A stretch of 64,000 bases of DNA from contig NC_135673.1 of NCBI RefSeq assembly GCF_964188315.1, positions 27,838,001 to 27,902,000 of the forward strand, written 5' to 3'. Within the stretch, counting starts at the first letter, position 1; the number at the start of each line of letters is the position of its first letter. This stretch comes from Podarcis muralis (taxonomy: Eukaryota). Below the pieces are notes generated by a model. It did not search any database and had not been told where the DNA came from. It saw only the letters and a program-made list of their open reading frames with translations. Position numbers and translations under genes: made by a program. Of this stretch, positions 23,866-37,630 are shown in pieces.

Positions 23866-25389
23866 TTTATTTATATGGAAAATAATCGTCAACAAACCAA
23901 CTAAACTAAACTTTAAAAAGGTCAACAACTCTAGGGAACCTTTCCTAAAAAAGGTCAACAACTTTGGGGTCTCCCCCTTAAAAAAAGTTGACAACTCTGG
24001 GAAAAGGGGGGGGGATCTTTGCACCATGGCATCGGATATGCTTAAGGCAGCCCTGCTATGATCTTTCCCTAACCACCTACACCTTGCCTCACTTCCTTCC
24101 CCATAGGAATGCTCCTGACCCTGACTACACATTAGCTTCTTATCCTTCTAGGCTCAAAATGCTTTTCTGGGCCTTGACCTCTACCAGAGCTGACCCCTGG
24201 CCCTCCAAATCGACCCTGTATGGCCCTGACACATAATTATGACCATTGTTCCAGAGGTCTGTGCACCACAGAAACAAGAATTCTCAATGGATAGGAAATG
24301 AAAGCAGATGAGCAGCTCCTAACTGCATTTGGAAGCTCAGATCATAATTTGGGATCTGATCTATAGCTGCCGCAGGTCTGTTGTGGCACCAACCTGAAGA
24401 CCCAACTAGATCAATAGGACTAGCAGCACAAGTAGTAGAGGTGCCAGGAGCCCCAAGTAACATTTCCTGTGGGGCATGGCTCTCTCTATGCTTAAAGCCT
24501 CAAGCTTCCCAATGGCTGCTCTGCAATCTTGGCAGTACATACAAGAGCTGACTGATAAGCAGTGCATTGGTAGACTCTAGGCCAGAAAATGATCCCTTTA
24601 AGTCTCTCCACTCTTCAGGAAGGGAGAAAAGCATTGGGAAAGGGTAAACTAACCTTAAGGTAAAAGGCACCAGTTAAGTTTTGTGGTGTCAGTTGTTTGG
24701 AACTATCCTTGATGCTGTTATTCCACTCTAACCCCGCTTGCTAACTTGCTACTTGACTAAGTTGTCTGCAGGCATCCGTTGTGCTGTTTGGACTTCTGCT
24801 CATAGTCAAGACAGCACAATAAGCATGGGTTGATGTAAAGTGTGAATTGACCCTTCACCTAATAAAGCTAATCTCATTAAGAGAAATAACATGTGAAATC
24901 TGCCCTAAAACACACCTTTTGTTTATACATGTCAGAAGCAAGGAGCCTCAGACCCAGGGGCCAAATGTGGTCCTCTAAGATTCTCTATCTAGCCCTTAGG
25001 AATCTTTCCACAACACACCCTTTGCCTAGTCACATTCCTTCTCCTCTGGCCTCATCCCTCACTGGCCCTGTTTTGCACTCCCTCTTGAGTTTTTCCCTGG
25101 CTGGAATGTGTCCTTAAACTCTGATAATGCCTCTTGGTTCACTGTATAGGGGCTAGGAGGGGTATGTGAGAGTATGCAGAAGCTTTACTGCTTTTCAGGG
25201 GTAAATTTACCTCTGTTGCTCCACCCACCTTTTCCTCTGACCCCACCTACCACTGTCGTGTGGCCCCTGGAAGGTTTCCCAGTAGGAAATGTGGCCCTCA
25301 GTTTAAAAAAATGTTTACACTGATTTATGTTCTTAACAGTTTTCTGCTTTTGGTGTTGAATGCTGTTATCTCCTTCCTTTACTCCTCAG

Positions 25390-25590
25390 AGGACTGTTTA
25401 GATCCTATGTGTTCTGGCCATGGAGTCTGTGTTCAAGGGGAATGTCATTGTTCCATGGGTTGGGGAGGAGTCAGCTGTGAAACATCACTCCCTATCTGCC
25501 AAGAACAGTGTTCAGGCCATGGCAGTTTTCTTTTGGATACTGGCGTATGCAACTGTGACCCAAAGTGGACAGGTTCTGACTGCTCAACAG
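25390..25590 (+). CDS. TENM1: Teneurin-1 exon, EGF4-EGF5 ([14 protein letters not shown]...[11 protein letters not shown])
   Basis: ctcag acceptor, G|gtaggt donor, 201 nt, phase 1-1; EGF5 has Phe in place of the third Cys (second dimerisation Cys). Confidence 0.96.
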
Positions 25591-27332
25591 GTAGGTAGAG
25601 AAAATATTCTTCTAATGATTTGAATTGGTTTCTGAAAAGAATAAAGCCTTGGTGTGTGGAGGGTGTGTGTGTCAAATTTTGTCTCCACTAAAGTTTGGGG
25701 TGCCGCAGGATACGGTATGAACTAAAACTCAATGTGCTTTGTGAGAAAAGACTTAACCGTATCTTCAAGCTAGAGGAAGCAAATATTTCCAGAAGAAAAC
25801 AGAAGACAAGAGAAGGTGCAGAGCATGATAGAATGAGGATAATGTAGATGGTTTCCCAAGCAATCCAGAGCTGCTTTTTATCCTCACAACTAGGGATGGG
25901 GCAGTATTTCCAAATTCAATTTTCAAATGCTCTTTGGAATACCACACTCCCTTTGAAAAAGAGGAGCTTCTTCTTTTTCAAAAAATCACCTGGTGCTTTG
26001 ATCAGTTACAGACACTGGCTGTTGGACATTCTGCAGAAGATGTGTTTGCTATGAAAGTGGCAGAGTGTTACCATTTTAACTTATGAAATGGCTGTCACCA
26101 TTGCATGCCACAACTTTCATAATATTAATCCCTGAGAGTCCTCCATCTTACAGAGCATCTGCTAGCTTGAAGAGTGTTCCCTTCCCCTAGAATAGGAATT
26201 AAGAATGGGAAATAATTATAATATTGACTGCTTTTAATTATAAAAGACTCTTCTCTGCTGCTTTTGATTTCATTAAGGAAGTCATGAGAGCAAAACCTAA
26301 AACTAATTACCTATATGCAAGCAAACTGCATTTTAAAAAAGTTTTTGAAGTCCATTTCCTTGCTGATTTGAGTTGTACTTTTGCCTGTAAACTTCTGCAC
26401 CTCTCTAATCAACTTGTCTGCACTTTATATTGATTTCTAAAGCGGGGGGGGGGGGGTCTGTGATTACTATGCTGGATTATAGGCTTTATTCAATGCCCCC
26501 CCTTTTTTTTGAGAACTTGATGTTGTTGTTCCACAATGGCAACATTGACTGAACAGTGTAATAGCAAACTGAGTGTTCCAAAACCAAGTAATGCAGCTTA
26601 CCTTTCACCCTGAAATGCAGCATTATTTTTACTCAAGCAATACAAAGAAAATACGTGGCCAAACTTACAGTGGTTTATCCACTGAGGGTTTTCCCCTTTC
26701 TAAAAAATCAAAGGCACAGTTCTTCTTCTCTCTGCATGTGGAGAGCAGCATGCAAAAGTATGCACTTCAGGGCCGGCCCACCCATGACGCAAAGTGAGGG
26801 AACTACCTTGGGCAGCGGGATTCACAGGGGCAGTAGATCTGGCCTACAAGGATTGCATTGCCTGCTGCAATGGCAGCATGTTACTGGGAGGTTGGATCTG
26901 CTACCTCCTCAGCAGCCCACCTGCACCCCATTGTCACCTCCACAGTGGCCTCTTGGTGAATAGGAGACACTGCTGGTCTCCTTCCACCAGAAGGAAATGG
27001 TGGGGACTGCCCGGTGGGATATCCTGGGCTCAATCACCCATTGTGATTCAGAGCAGGCAACTTTCACCCCCATGATGACCTTTGACTCCCAGTTCAACCA
27101 TCAGATAAGGTTGATTTGATCCCCCTCCCCTTGTTCCCGATGTAGATCTTCACTCACTCCTTCTTCCCTGGTGGCAAAATGCCATTTTGTGGTTCGCCTC
27201 AGCTGCCAAAATGTCTTGGACCAGTCCTATGGCACTCTAAATTGTCCCATCTCCCCCCTCTAGGGTATTCATATGTTGGCACATAGCAAGGTTGGATGAG
27301 GCCATACACAAGTGAACCACCTCCTACAACAT

Positions 27333-27749
27333 TAGGGTTGCCATATTTAAAAGAACAAAAAGGAGGACACATTTGCCAACTTCTACACGATGGGGTGAGC
27401 GCCCGTTGCTCAGTCCCTGCTCCTGCCAACCTAGCAGTTCGAAAGCACGTCAAAGTGCAAGTAGATAAACAGGTACTGCTCCGGTGGGAAGGTAAATGGC
27501 GTTTCCATGCGCTGCTCTGGTTCGCCAGAAGCGGCTTAGTCATGCTGGCCACATGACCCGAAAGCTGTACGCCGGCTCCCTCGGCCAATAAAGCGAGATG
27601 AGTGCCGCAACCCCAGAGTCAGTCACGGCTGGACCTAATGGTCAAGGGTCCCTTTACCTTTTAACTATGGATTGCTATGACAACTCTCATTTTACATACC
27701 CATGAAAAAGAGGACATGTCCTGGAAAAAGTGTACATATGGCAACCCTG
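27333..27749. mobile_element. hAT (Blackjack-like) MITE interrupted by a SINE
   Basis: TIRs tagggttgccatat / atatggcaaccctg; TSD not resolved. Confidence 0.65.
27388..27662 (-). mobile_element. Sauria SINE nested in the hAT MITE, lacking its 3' end
   Basis: Reverse-strand head at about 27640-27662 and core; the ggggattcgaacc tail segment is missing. Confidence 0.85.
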
Positions 27750-29383
27750 TCTACATCAGTGTAGCCCCTCCTGTGCAGGTGAAACATTAGCTAGTTTAGC
27801 TGGCAACTGGGGCAGGTAGCAACAGTGTTCTGATCAATACCACGTAGCTGAGAGGCAGCATTTTTGTTTTCCACAATTGTGTACTGTGATGGCACTGTAA
27901 GGGCCTGCACCATGAGAGGGGAGGAAGGCAAGCAAACCAATTAAAAACCAGTTAAACTTCACCATTACCACCAAATGGATCTCTTCAGCCCCACCCTAGC
28001 AATCATCCAGTCCTTTAACCTCCAGAACATTATTTTTTTAAAGACAGTCTCAACAAACTTTCTAAACCAAATGAAGTGATAAGGCAGTTAGGCACAGTGT
28101 AGGAATAAGCTCTAAGACATATTTAAATCCAAACCAACTCAACTTTTTGCTTGAGATGTTTGTAGGGTAACAAGTAGCCATATGGGAGACTGCTAGTGGT
28201 TTCCTGTGGGACAAGCAGGAAAGACTGTTATTTAAATCACCCTGAAAATGCAATTAATTTGGAAATATATTTTATTGAGATATTATTATGCCTAGATTGG
28301 TGTGATTTCCCCAGGCTACATCATTTAAGCACACTTGGGAGAATTAACTCTCTCTCCCACCCCCCATATTTACCTAGATTAGATTTCCAAGTATACCCTC
28401 AGAATATCTGACCAGTAATTTAAGGCCGGCCTCTACAGATTGTCTGTCTGTATGCAGATCAGGCTGGGTTGAAGATATCATGCACTATATTCTGTATTGT
28501 CCTCTATTAACACCCCTAGGGGTGGATTCCTTTCCTCTTTTCAGAATATTCTAGAAGTACAGTCAGACAATTTTAAAATTAAAGAGCTGCTGGCCAATGA
28601 GGCTTGTTACCCACATACATGGTAGCTTTGAGAAAGTTGTTGACGCTTTTTGACACAAAACCTTGTTGACTGCCAAGGGGACTGTTAACTTTAAATGACA
28701 CAGGGAACTTTACATTTTAAGTTTTGATCATTTTCATTTCTGAAAATTTATTTTAACTTTTTATTTTATTTTTATTTATTAAATTTGTCAGCCGCTTGCA
28801 CAGGGTAACCCAAAGTGATTTACAAACAAACAGGCAGTAACCCTACATAGATGCATTAACACCAGGAAGAAAGAGAAATGCATTAAAAAATCCCACTCAC
28901 TTCTAAAAGGCCTCAGATAATTAAAGGCCAAAGGCCTAGTTACGAACGTTTTTGTCTGGTGCCTGAAGGTGTATAATGATGGTGCCAGGCAAGCCTCCTG
29001 GATGAATTATTCTGTTTATCTAGCCTTTGTTCAATAACTGGCATTGGCTAGAAAAATTGCTAATGACTGATGTTTGGAGATTGGGCTTTATAAATTGCCG
29101 ATCTTCATTCAAAATAATCTGTTCGAAAGATACAAAAAAATTATGAAGATACTATTTAAAAATGTAGAGTTGTGGCCCACGATTTTGTATTTGAACGTGA
29201 CCATTTATAAAAGGCCTCTGTAGATAATTTTATGATTTTCTTCATACATAAAATGAAGATCTGTAACTTAATGCATATTCTGGTTGATGTATCCTCCTTC
29301 AGTGTGGGAATTATATCCATCAGAATGATGAAGTGTTTAGCTTTGGCTTTAGTTTTATATATTGTAAATGTAGAAACTTAATG

Positions 29384-30220
29384 TGTCAAGGTACCCAAGC
29401 CTCCCCCAAATAAATCACAATTCACACAGAATTTTTGTTTAAGGTTTTTGGCATAATTTTGGTCACAACTTTATTAAAATACATAAATGTGAGTGGTTGC
29501 TTAGGCATTGGTTACGACAATCTGTCCCCGCCCAGGGACAGAACTGACTTCCGGATTCCAGCGAAAGCCAGTAAAGGAAAACAATATGGGGGGGGGGGAT
29601 GGGGCTGGGCACCAGACCTTCACCTCTCCCCGCATTCCCACAGGGGCTTGCGTGGCCCAAGCCCCACACCAGGGATTTGGACGAAAGCATGGCGAGCCCC
29701 TGGATTCCTTTAACGGAATTTCCTTGCAGCAGCAGCATTGGAGAGGCAGGCACTGCCAACCACATCCCCTCCACCAACCAAAAATTAACCAGTGCCTAAC
29801 CGCAACCTTATAAGTTGTGATGATTTGCTACGCAGTAGGCAAAAACCAAATGGCACCAGCCAATCAGCCAAACGGACAAAATTCCTACTGGGCCCCTGCC
29901 CCAAAAGCAGATAACCCCATGACAGGCATAGCAAAAGCCCTAAATTAGGGAGGGTAGGCGGGTGATCCGGTGCACGCAGCAAAAGAGAACGCTCGATGCT
30001 GCGTGCTCCGTATATAAAACCCTTGGTCCATCCCACAAATTAGCAACATCAAAATTTCCCCAGTAACCCAAACAGCCCAATCACTGCCAGTGGCCATCTA
30101 AAGGATCCCGCCCAGCAACAGAGGGGTGGCCTGTCAGACCCCACTGCAACACGTGCTCTCCATGAAGGAGAACACGCTTAATGAGAAAAATGCTTCTTAG
30201 GTCTTTGGGTGACTTAAGTA
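29384..30220 (-). mobile_element. Solo-LTR-like element, copy 1
   Basis: Homologous to 44568-45535; minus-strand AATAAA (29470-75) with downstream GT-rich tract, TATA-like box about 30011; TSD not resolved. Confidence 0.6.
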
Positions 30221-33200
30221 TTTAAAATAATAATCCAAAGTGAATTTCAAGGCTCCTTAAATTAATGTATGGATGATCAACTTATTTATCTTCTGGGGGG
30301 GGGGGAATACTGAACCAAAAATTATTCAAAGTCAGTTTTTGTCCTATTGATATGGAATTTATTGTCTTCCAGAATTCAGAATGTTTGTGAAATAATTCTG
30401 GAACAGCATGACTTAAATGTGTACTTCTTGTACAAACATGTTGGAACAGAAATCAACTTTGAGAAGATTCTTTCTCTTCCCTCCCCCCCCCCCCCCCCCC
30501 CGTTCTTTGAAAATATAATTTATAATGAATTTTTAAAGATATAAAATGAAGTAAATTTCCCTAAGGATACAGCACAGACATATTGTGAAAAGACAAGAGT
30601 ACAATTATTATTCAGCAAGAGATAGGATCATTATTCTTTGAAAAAGGCCCAGTGTCATGGTCAGGCAAATGCTAGGGTCCCAGAGGCTGCCCCACTGCTG
30701 ACTCTAGCATCCCTGTAACTTTTACATTTCTTTAAATAGGACCTGGGGCTGATAGCAGAAGTGCCTCTGCCATCTTAATTTCTGCCTTAGACTCCTGGGC
30801 CTCACCCTCAATGTTTCAGGCCTAAATATCTCTGTAAATAATGGCTGAACTGCTCAATTATTAGCATGTCAAAGCACTACATTAAAGCAGCACAGCAAGG
30901 GAGATGGCAGAACATACAAACTGAGCATCACAGTTCCCAGGCCAGCCCACATATGAGGCAAGGTGAGGTGGCTGCCTCAGGTGGCAGGAGCCACCAGGAC
31001 AGCAGATCCTGAGGTCAATCTTTCTTCCCTTCTTGTTCGTGATGTAGATATTTCCTCACCCCTTTTCCCCTAGTGGTGGGGGAGGAACCATTTTGGAGTC
31101 CACCTCAGGTGCCAAAAGGCATTGGGCAGCATCCCTAACAACCATAGAAATCTACTTCTTAATAAAGGTGCTTTTTTCCCAGGCAACAAAATAGTAAGTG
31201 CCAAATCTCAAAAATGTTGATGTTACAACAACAGTGTGCCATGCTGATAGAGTCACAAATATCTTTATTTAGAATTTACTGAGAATGTCAAGTCTGTATA
31301 CCTGCTTTTCGTTTGTATAGTCCAGACCCCTAAGGGTGGTGGTTTGTGCTATGACACACTTCTGTTGTTTGATTACAGTTTGTTACATTAATACATTTTC
31401 TACAGAGATAAATAGAGAGCAATAAGGAAAGAAGTATTGCTATTTATGACACATAAAAACAGAAAGAAGCCTGGTATAAAATTACATAGCTGTCAGCGCC
31501 TTTTATATCATGCCTTCATTTATATATTTATTATAGTTGTGTTGTCTGTGCTTAAAAAAAATTGCTTATGATAACGGGTTTTGTTCAAACATTTAAAAAA
31601 TAATATTGTTTGTACATGAAATTGCTATTTTGCCCGTGCAACTATTATTCGGTTAATAAACAATCATCTGTTGCTGTCAAGGCGGGGAATTTTCTTCTAC
31701 CAGCCCTCAAAACTGACATTTTAAATCAAAACAGACTTCATTATTTTAGATTGCACTTACAGAAGTGTCCTGAAAATTGTCTGTCAGGTTAAGTGCAGTG
31801 TAACTTTTTTTAAAAAAGAAGTATTGGAAATGAACTTGAATTGCACAAAGAAGCTTTCTTGGACATATTTTATTTACATAGTGTGTTTATAGCATTTAAG
31901 GAGTTTGAGTTTTAATCAATAGGTGAGCTGTACCCACTGACCCATCAACTAAAGCTTCAGTTGAATCACCATGTTCAGTTTGATCAATTAAATTGAAATA
32001 AATATGTGAATTACCAAAGCTTCAATAGCACCTTTCTGTCAGTATCACTGACAATTTAATCAACAAAAAGTACCACTTCTAGAAGCAAAGGCTATCTTTA
32101 ATATAGCCTGTCTTATTCACTGTTAAGTGAAACACAAAGACCAAAATAGTCTCAAGAAATAAACAAGTTTGCCCTTTACTCAGAGCCCTAATCAATTCAA
32201 ATTGCCTCTATTAATTAATCAATTTAAAGCTTTAAGGAATTAATCTATCATTCAGTCAATTAAATATTCCTGTCATGCTAATGACACAGGCAGAAATTGT
32301 ATATAGTGACCCATTAGACTTTCCAGAGGCAAAATAATTTCAGTTCCAGGATCACTGACTAGACCTGTAGCATTAAGGGAGCTAAGAAACTGATGATTCT
32401 CTGCAGACCTAGGCTATTTCCCCGCCCCCTTTTATATTGCCTTTTATCTTTCAAATTGCAACCGTGATCTCCATTCTAAATTAAGTCTCTTTTTGCAGGA
32501 AACATAGCTTGAGAAAGGCCAGTCTTGGGCATTTTAAAAGCTTGAAGCCACTCCTTTCATTATTTCAGGTTCATCGTTTCTTGCCACTCTTGGGAGATTA
32601 GGACTGGTGCAAAAAGACGTGGCATTTCACACCCCCTCTATGTTCCTGTCTTAGTTTCATTATCTTTCTTGGGCTCATGACTTTGAGACTGGGGTGCAGC
32701 TTGAGAACTAAATAACTCTCTCTATCCATATCTGTCTATTGCAGCTACACTTGCTCTGAAGCCCCAAAATATAGTGTGCAAATATAAAATGTTTCTCACA
32801 GGCTTTCACAGTCAATAATTCACGAGGCATCAGTCCTTTGAGGCAAGGCAATAACTTTCCTGTTTGCGCCATCTTCTCACGGTCATCCATGTAGAAATCA
32901 ATGTGTGAATGGTGGGCCAGAGTCATGCCTGCTGCTGGTCCTGCCCTTGACTTCCATGTACTCAAGGTCCCTACGTTGGAATAAGCCCATGGTTCCCTGG
33001 TTCTGCATAAGAAGAGCTGCTGCCAGTCAGTGTAGACAGTAATCTGACTCAGCATATGGCAGCTTCATGTAATCCTATAACCTATGGAGTAACACTACAG
33101 CAGTCATATAAATTGCAGCCTAGGACAGAAACAATGAATTTCTTGTAATTTTATTGTAATATTATTTGCATACAAAACCCCTATGCAGGCATTGTCCAAA

Positions 33201-35029
33201 TTCAGAAATACAGCACAGTCATTGTGAAGAAGCAATATGAGCTTGCTAGCTGCATCCTCATCGCTCTCCATGATTTCAAGAGCAACATTCTGAAGCAGTG
33301 GGATTCTGTACTAATAGAAGCTCCTTATATGATGCAGAACCTTGGGAAATCAGGTTCTACGTTGTGTGGGAATCCTCCATTGAGTAGAAGCGATCTTCAC
33401 ATTTCAGTCAATCACCCTTCAACTCAAAGCTTGCTTGCTCACACCAAATCTCCCTCCTCCTCCTTCGTATTATTGCAATTTATTACCTGCTCTTCACCAT
33501 AAGGTTCCAGGGTGGGTTACAACCATTAAAACACAACATTAGAGTGTTTAAGACAACTTAGAATAACCAAAAATAAGATGAGTCCTAAAAATATACACCA
33601 GAAGTGTCAACAGCCAGGGTGAAGAGTTACATCTTCAGCATTTGTCGAAAAAGATTGCTGGACTAGATACGTCTTTGGCCTGATGCTGCAGCAAGACATG
33701 TCTTCTGTTTTATGTCAGATTATCTTCCTCATACCATGCCATGTTATACCTGCATATCTAAGATTATTTTAGGCATACTTTTAAAATAGTTTTTCTTTAT
33801 TTTATCTGTATTTTATTGAGCATCGTATATCCCACTTGAGACAGGTGCTTTCCTCTATATTTTCCTCCAAATAAATAAATTTTAAAATATCAGTCTAAAA
33901 TTATTCTCAGAGATCTTGATCTTCTGGCCACTGCAGAACTACTTCTGAAGGCTTTGTAGTGTGAGACCCACCTGCATTGCACGTTTAAATAAGTATCATA
34001 CCACATTAAACAGCCATGACATCCCCCAAAGAATCCTGGGAACTGTAGTTTGTTAAGTGTGCTGAGAGTTGTTAGGAGCCTCCTGTGCCCCTCACAAAAC
34101 TCCAGTTCTCAGAGCAGCTCAATGGTCAACCCCTCTTCCCGCAGAACTCTGGAAATTTTAACTGTGTGAGAGGAATAGGGGTCCCCTTACAACTCTCAAT
34201 TACCATTTACTAACTACACTTCCCATAATTATTTGGGACTATTAAAATTGTATGATGTTGCTTTAAATGTATATTGCAGATGGGGGCTCAGTTCAGCCAT
34301 AATTTGAATTTAAGGCCGCCTTTTAATCTACAAAATATAGCATACGTAATTTCTGAGACCTTTGATAACTCAGTCTTCTAATTTGTTTAATAAATTTATG
34401 GAATATGATTAGATCCAACATCCAAGAAATTAATTGAGCTAAAATTACTTGGATCCTCTCACCTCCTTTTTTATATAGGGGAAATAATGCAAATTATCCA
34501 CATATAATAGTGGTATGTCAGAGACTTCTTCCAGTGAGAAGTGAAAGGTGGGGTGTGATGAGGTCAATGGTAGCTATTTTTATATTTGTCCCTGATGCAG
34601 CTTCTCAACAACAACAGGAAAATCACAGTTACGGGCTGTCAAGGGTTTCTGTTTTCCCTCTGGCCCTTGGTTAGAGACAACAGTTGTATTGCTCCTTCGG
34701 TCTTGGTGTACTGCCCTCTGGATCCTCAGTGAGTCTTTGCCACAGGAAATACTATGCAACAGAGTCAGTAAGATAGATTTTATATTGTAAATTGCCCTGT
34801 GATCCTCGGAGGAAGAGTGGTATAGAATTTTAATAAATAATATTTATAATAGTGTGGTCTTATGCATGCCTACTGAAAAGTAAGTTCCATAGAGTTCAAC
34901 CAGGCTTATTCTCAAACAAGTGCATAGGATTTAATACATTGATTTATGTTCTGTTAATCAATTAAACTACCTTTAGGACCATCTCTCACCATATGAACCC
35001 AACTGGACCCTGCCATTGTAAATGGAGGC

Positions 35030-35330
35030 CCATTTTCATATGTTCCCACCGTGGGTGGGCATGAGGGTGGCAACATGAGAACAGGCTTTTTCAGTAGTGG
35101 CTCCCTGCTTGTGGAATGCCCTCCCCAGGGAGACTCGCCTGGCACCATCGTTATATATCTTGAGATGCCAGGCAAAAACAGTACTTTTTGGTTAGCCCTT
35201 GGGCATTTTTGCATGGGTGATATGTTTTAATTTGCATGGGTGGCATGTTTAAATAGAATTGTCTTTTAGATTTTTTTATGTTGGGGTGTGTGTGTGTTTG
35301 CTTAAAATATTGTAAATTGCCTTAGGTTGG
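35030..35330 (+). mobile_element. L2 LINE 3' fragment
   Basis: tggctccc...tgtggaatgccctcccc motif typical of L2 ends. Confidence 0.6.
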
Positions 35331-35399
35331 CAAAAAAAGCAAATAATAAAATTTAATTATTATTGAAGTACTTTATTTTATCTGTCCTGCATCTTTCAA

Positions 35400-36065
35400 C
35401 ATTCAGCTTCATTTGATGCCCATTACTTCTAGTGTTATGAAAGTGGGAGGAAAAACCTTTCTGTTTCCCGACCATGCTTAATTTTATAAAATTCTGTAAT
35501 TTAACCTTTTACTCGCCTTTTTTTTCTAATCTAGAAAGTCCCATGCATTGCAGCCATTCTTCATGGGGTAGTCACTCCACCCCCCTCATCATCTTTGTTG
35601 CCCTTTTATGAGCCTTTTCCAACTGTACAATATTCTTTTTGAGTTGAGGTGACCAAAACTGCACACAGTATTCCAAATGCAGTCACACCTTAGATTAACA
35701 GCATTATGATAGCAGTTTTATTTTCAGTTCCTCACCCCCCTAATGATCACTGAAATAGAATTTGCCTTTTTCGCAACTACCACACATCTTCATTGAACTA
35801 TCTACTATGGCCACAAGGTCTCATTCTTGGCCCATCACCTCTAGTGCAGACCTCCTAAGTGTACATGTGAGATTAAGATATAATTTTTGTCTCAACATGC
35901 GTCAATTACATTTGTTTACATTGAACTGCATTTCCCATTTAGCACCCATTCACTCAGTTTGGAAACATCCTTTCTGGAGCTTTTCACAACCCATTTTATT
36001 TTAACGTCCATGAACAATTTAGCATCCCCAACAGTCTTGGCCACCTCACTACTCATTCCTAATGA
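35400..36065 (-). mobile_element. CR1 LINE fragment
   Basis: Reverse-strand ORF2 3' sequence (gaccaaaactgcacacagtattcc). Confidence 0.7.
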
Positions 36066-36738
36066 GATCGTTTGTAAAGAAGTTTTAAAAAAAACACCCA
36101 CCAATACTACTACTACTAATAATAATAATAACTAAAAAACCAAAACCTAGGTAGATGCAAGAAAAAAAAGAGACTTCTTTTCATCTCTGGAACACAGCCA
36201 AATGCTAGGACCATAAGAACAATAATTCACATCATGGAAGATAATGATGTTTGCACTCCCTGGTATGACAATCGGAACAGACAGTTTCCTGATAACCAAA
36301 TTGCCTTGTACTCATCCTACAGATTCAAAAATGTGGAAGCCCATATTGTCATGCATTTCTTTTCTGAGTGACGGAATAAAGAGGATTTGGCTGGTAGCTT
36401 TAGTTTTGAGTTATTATTTTCTAGGCTCAGACCTATTTAGGGATTCCGAAGAGAAATCCAGAGTTGCACTGGGACCCAGGGATCTTTACAAGCTCACCTT
36501 CGCAACCCTTCTGAAAATAACCTCCTAGTGGATTCAAAACTGTCAGGCAATAAAGCTTTTATCCTTTGGATTTATTATTGCTTCAAAGTAATCCCTCCCG
36601 AACCTTCCCTATGTGCTTCCCAGGTCCAATGAGCTGGGTGCTATTTCAGAAGTGTGGTCCAAAGGATTGTGGAATTATGTATGGTATATTGTGCAATCGT
36701 GTATGTGTGTATGTTTGAGAATCTCTTTCCGAATTTAA

Positions 36739-37382
36739 TGAGCCCTGTTCTCCTAACTGGCTTGGGAATTTCAGTGGCAATTGCTGTCAGGTGAGGAACA
36801 GGAGGACACTCCTTGCAGGGTGAGGCCTGAGAGGGAGGGTAAGGCTGGAGGAAGGGGATATATCTCACTGGCTCCCGGTTGTGCCCCATCCATATTGCAG
36901 GGGGATTCATTAGCAGTGGGAAGGAGGGTTTCAACCTGCCAGGGGAGACAGGATAGAAAAAGGTAGAGCCAGAGGGGCCAGCCTCCATCCTGTCACCAAG
37001 GAACGAGAACCACCTACACTACTGGGAACTGACCTACACTACTGGGAACTGACTACATTCTTTTTGTAGTAATGTCTGCTTCCAAGCACATCTGTCTCAA
37101 ATGGTGTGTCTCACAAGTGAGCATGACATGCCTCTATTTTGACAGCAGGTGGAAGAGGCATGTCCATTTGTCAAGACATCTTTGTAGCTTTTGTCTGGTC
37201 TAAGACCCCTGGTTGTTGTTCTCTAGTTGACCCTTTGGTGTTCTGAACCTGTAGCCTGACCATTGCAGGCCTTAAATAAAACTTTATTGCTCCCCTGTAA
37301 GAGCATCTGTGGTTCATGAACCAAGACACCCACCCCATTGAACAAACCTGGCCTTGCGTTCAGGAAATTGCGGACGTGAACA
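36739..37382 (+). mobile_element. Putative solo LTR ending 62 nt before the EGF6-7 exon
   Basis: TG...CA with a possible ttaa TSD, AATAAA at 37275-80, internal 20-bp tandem duplication 37012-37051; left boundary uncertain. Confidence 0.35.
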
Positions 37383-37444
37383 TTAATCTTTCATTGTTAT
37401 TACTTTCTTAAATTAACTGGGTCTGCTAATTTCTGTTTTCAAAG

Positions 37445-37630
37445 AACTCTGCGTACTGGATTGTGGCAGCCATGGTATTTGTGCAAGAGGAACCTGCCAG
37501 TGTGAAGAAGGCTGGGTAGGCCCAACATGCGAGGAGCGCACATGTACTTCTCACTGCACTGAACATGGGCAGTGCAAAGATGGAAAGTGTGAATGCAGCC
37601 CTGGATGGGAAGGGGACCATTGCACCATTG
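37445..37630 (+). CDS. TENM1: Teneurin-1 exon, EGF6-EGF7 ([18 protein letters not shown]...[11 protein letters not shown])
   Basis: ttttcaaag acceptor, G|gtgagt donor, 186 nt, phase 1-1; two complete EGF repeats by manual translation; not in the + strand ORF track. Confidence 0.95.

Noticed and set aside
37012-37051. 20-bp direct repeat pair (and the 29-bp pair at 57295-57352) as CRISPR-like arrays
   Set aside because: Two adjacent copies without spacers in eukaryotic DNA; simple slippage duplications
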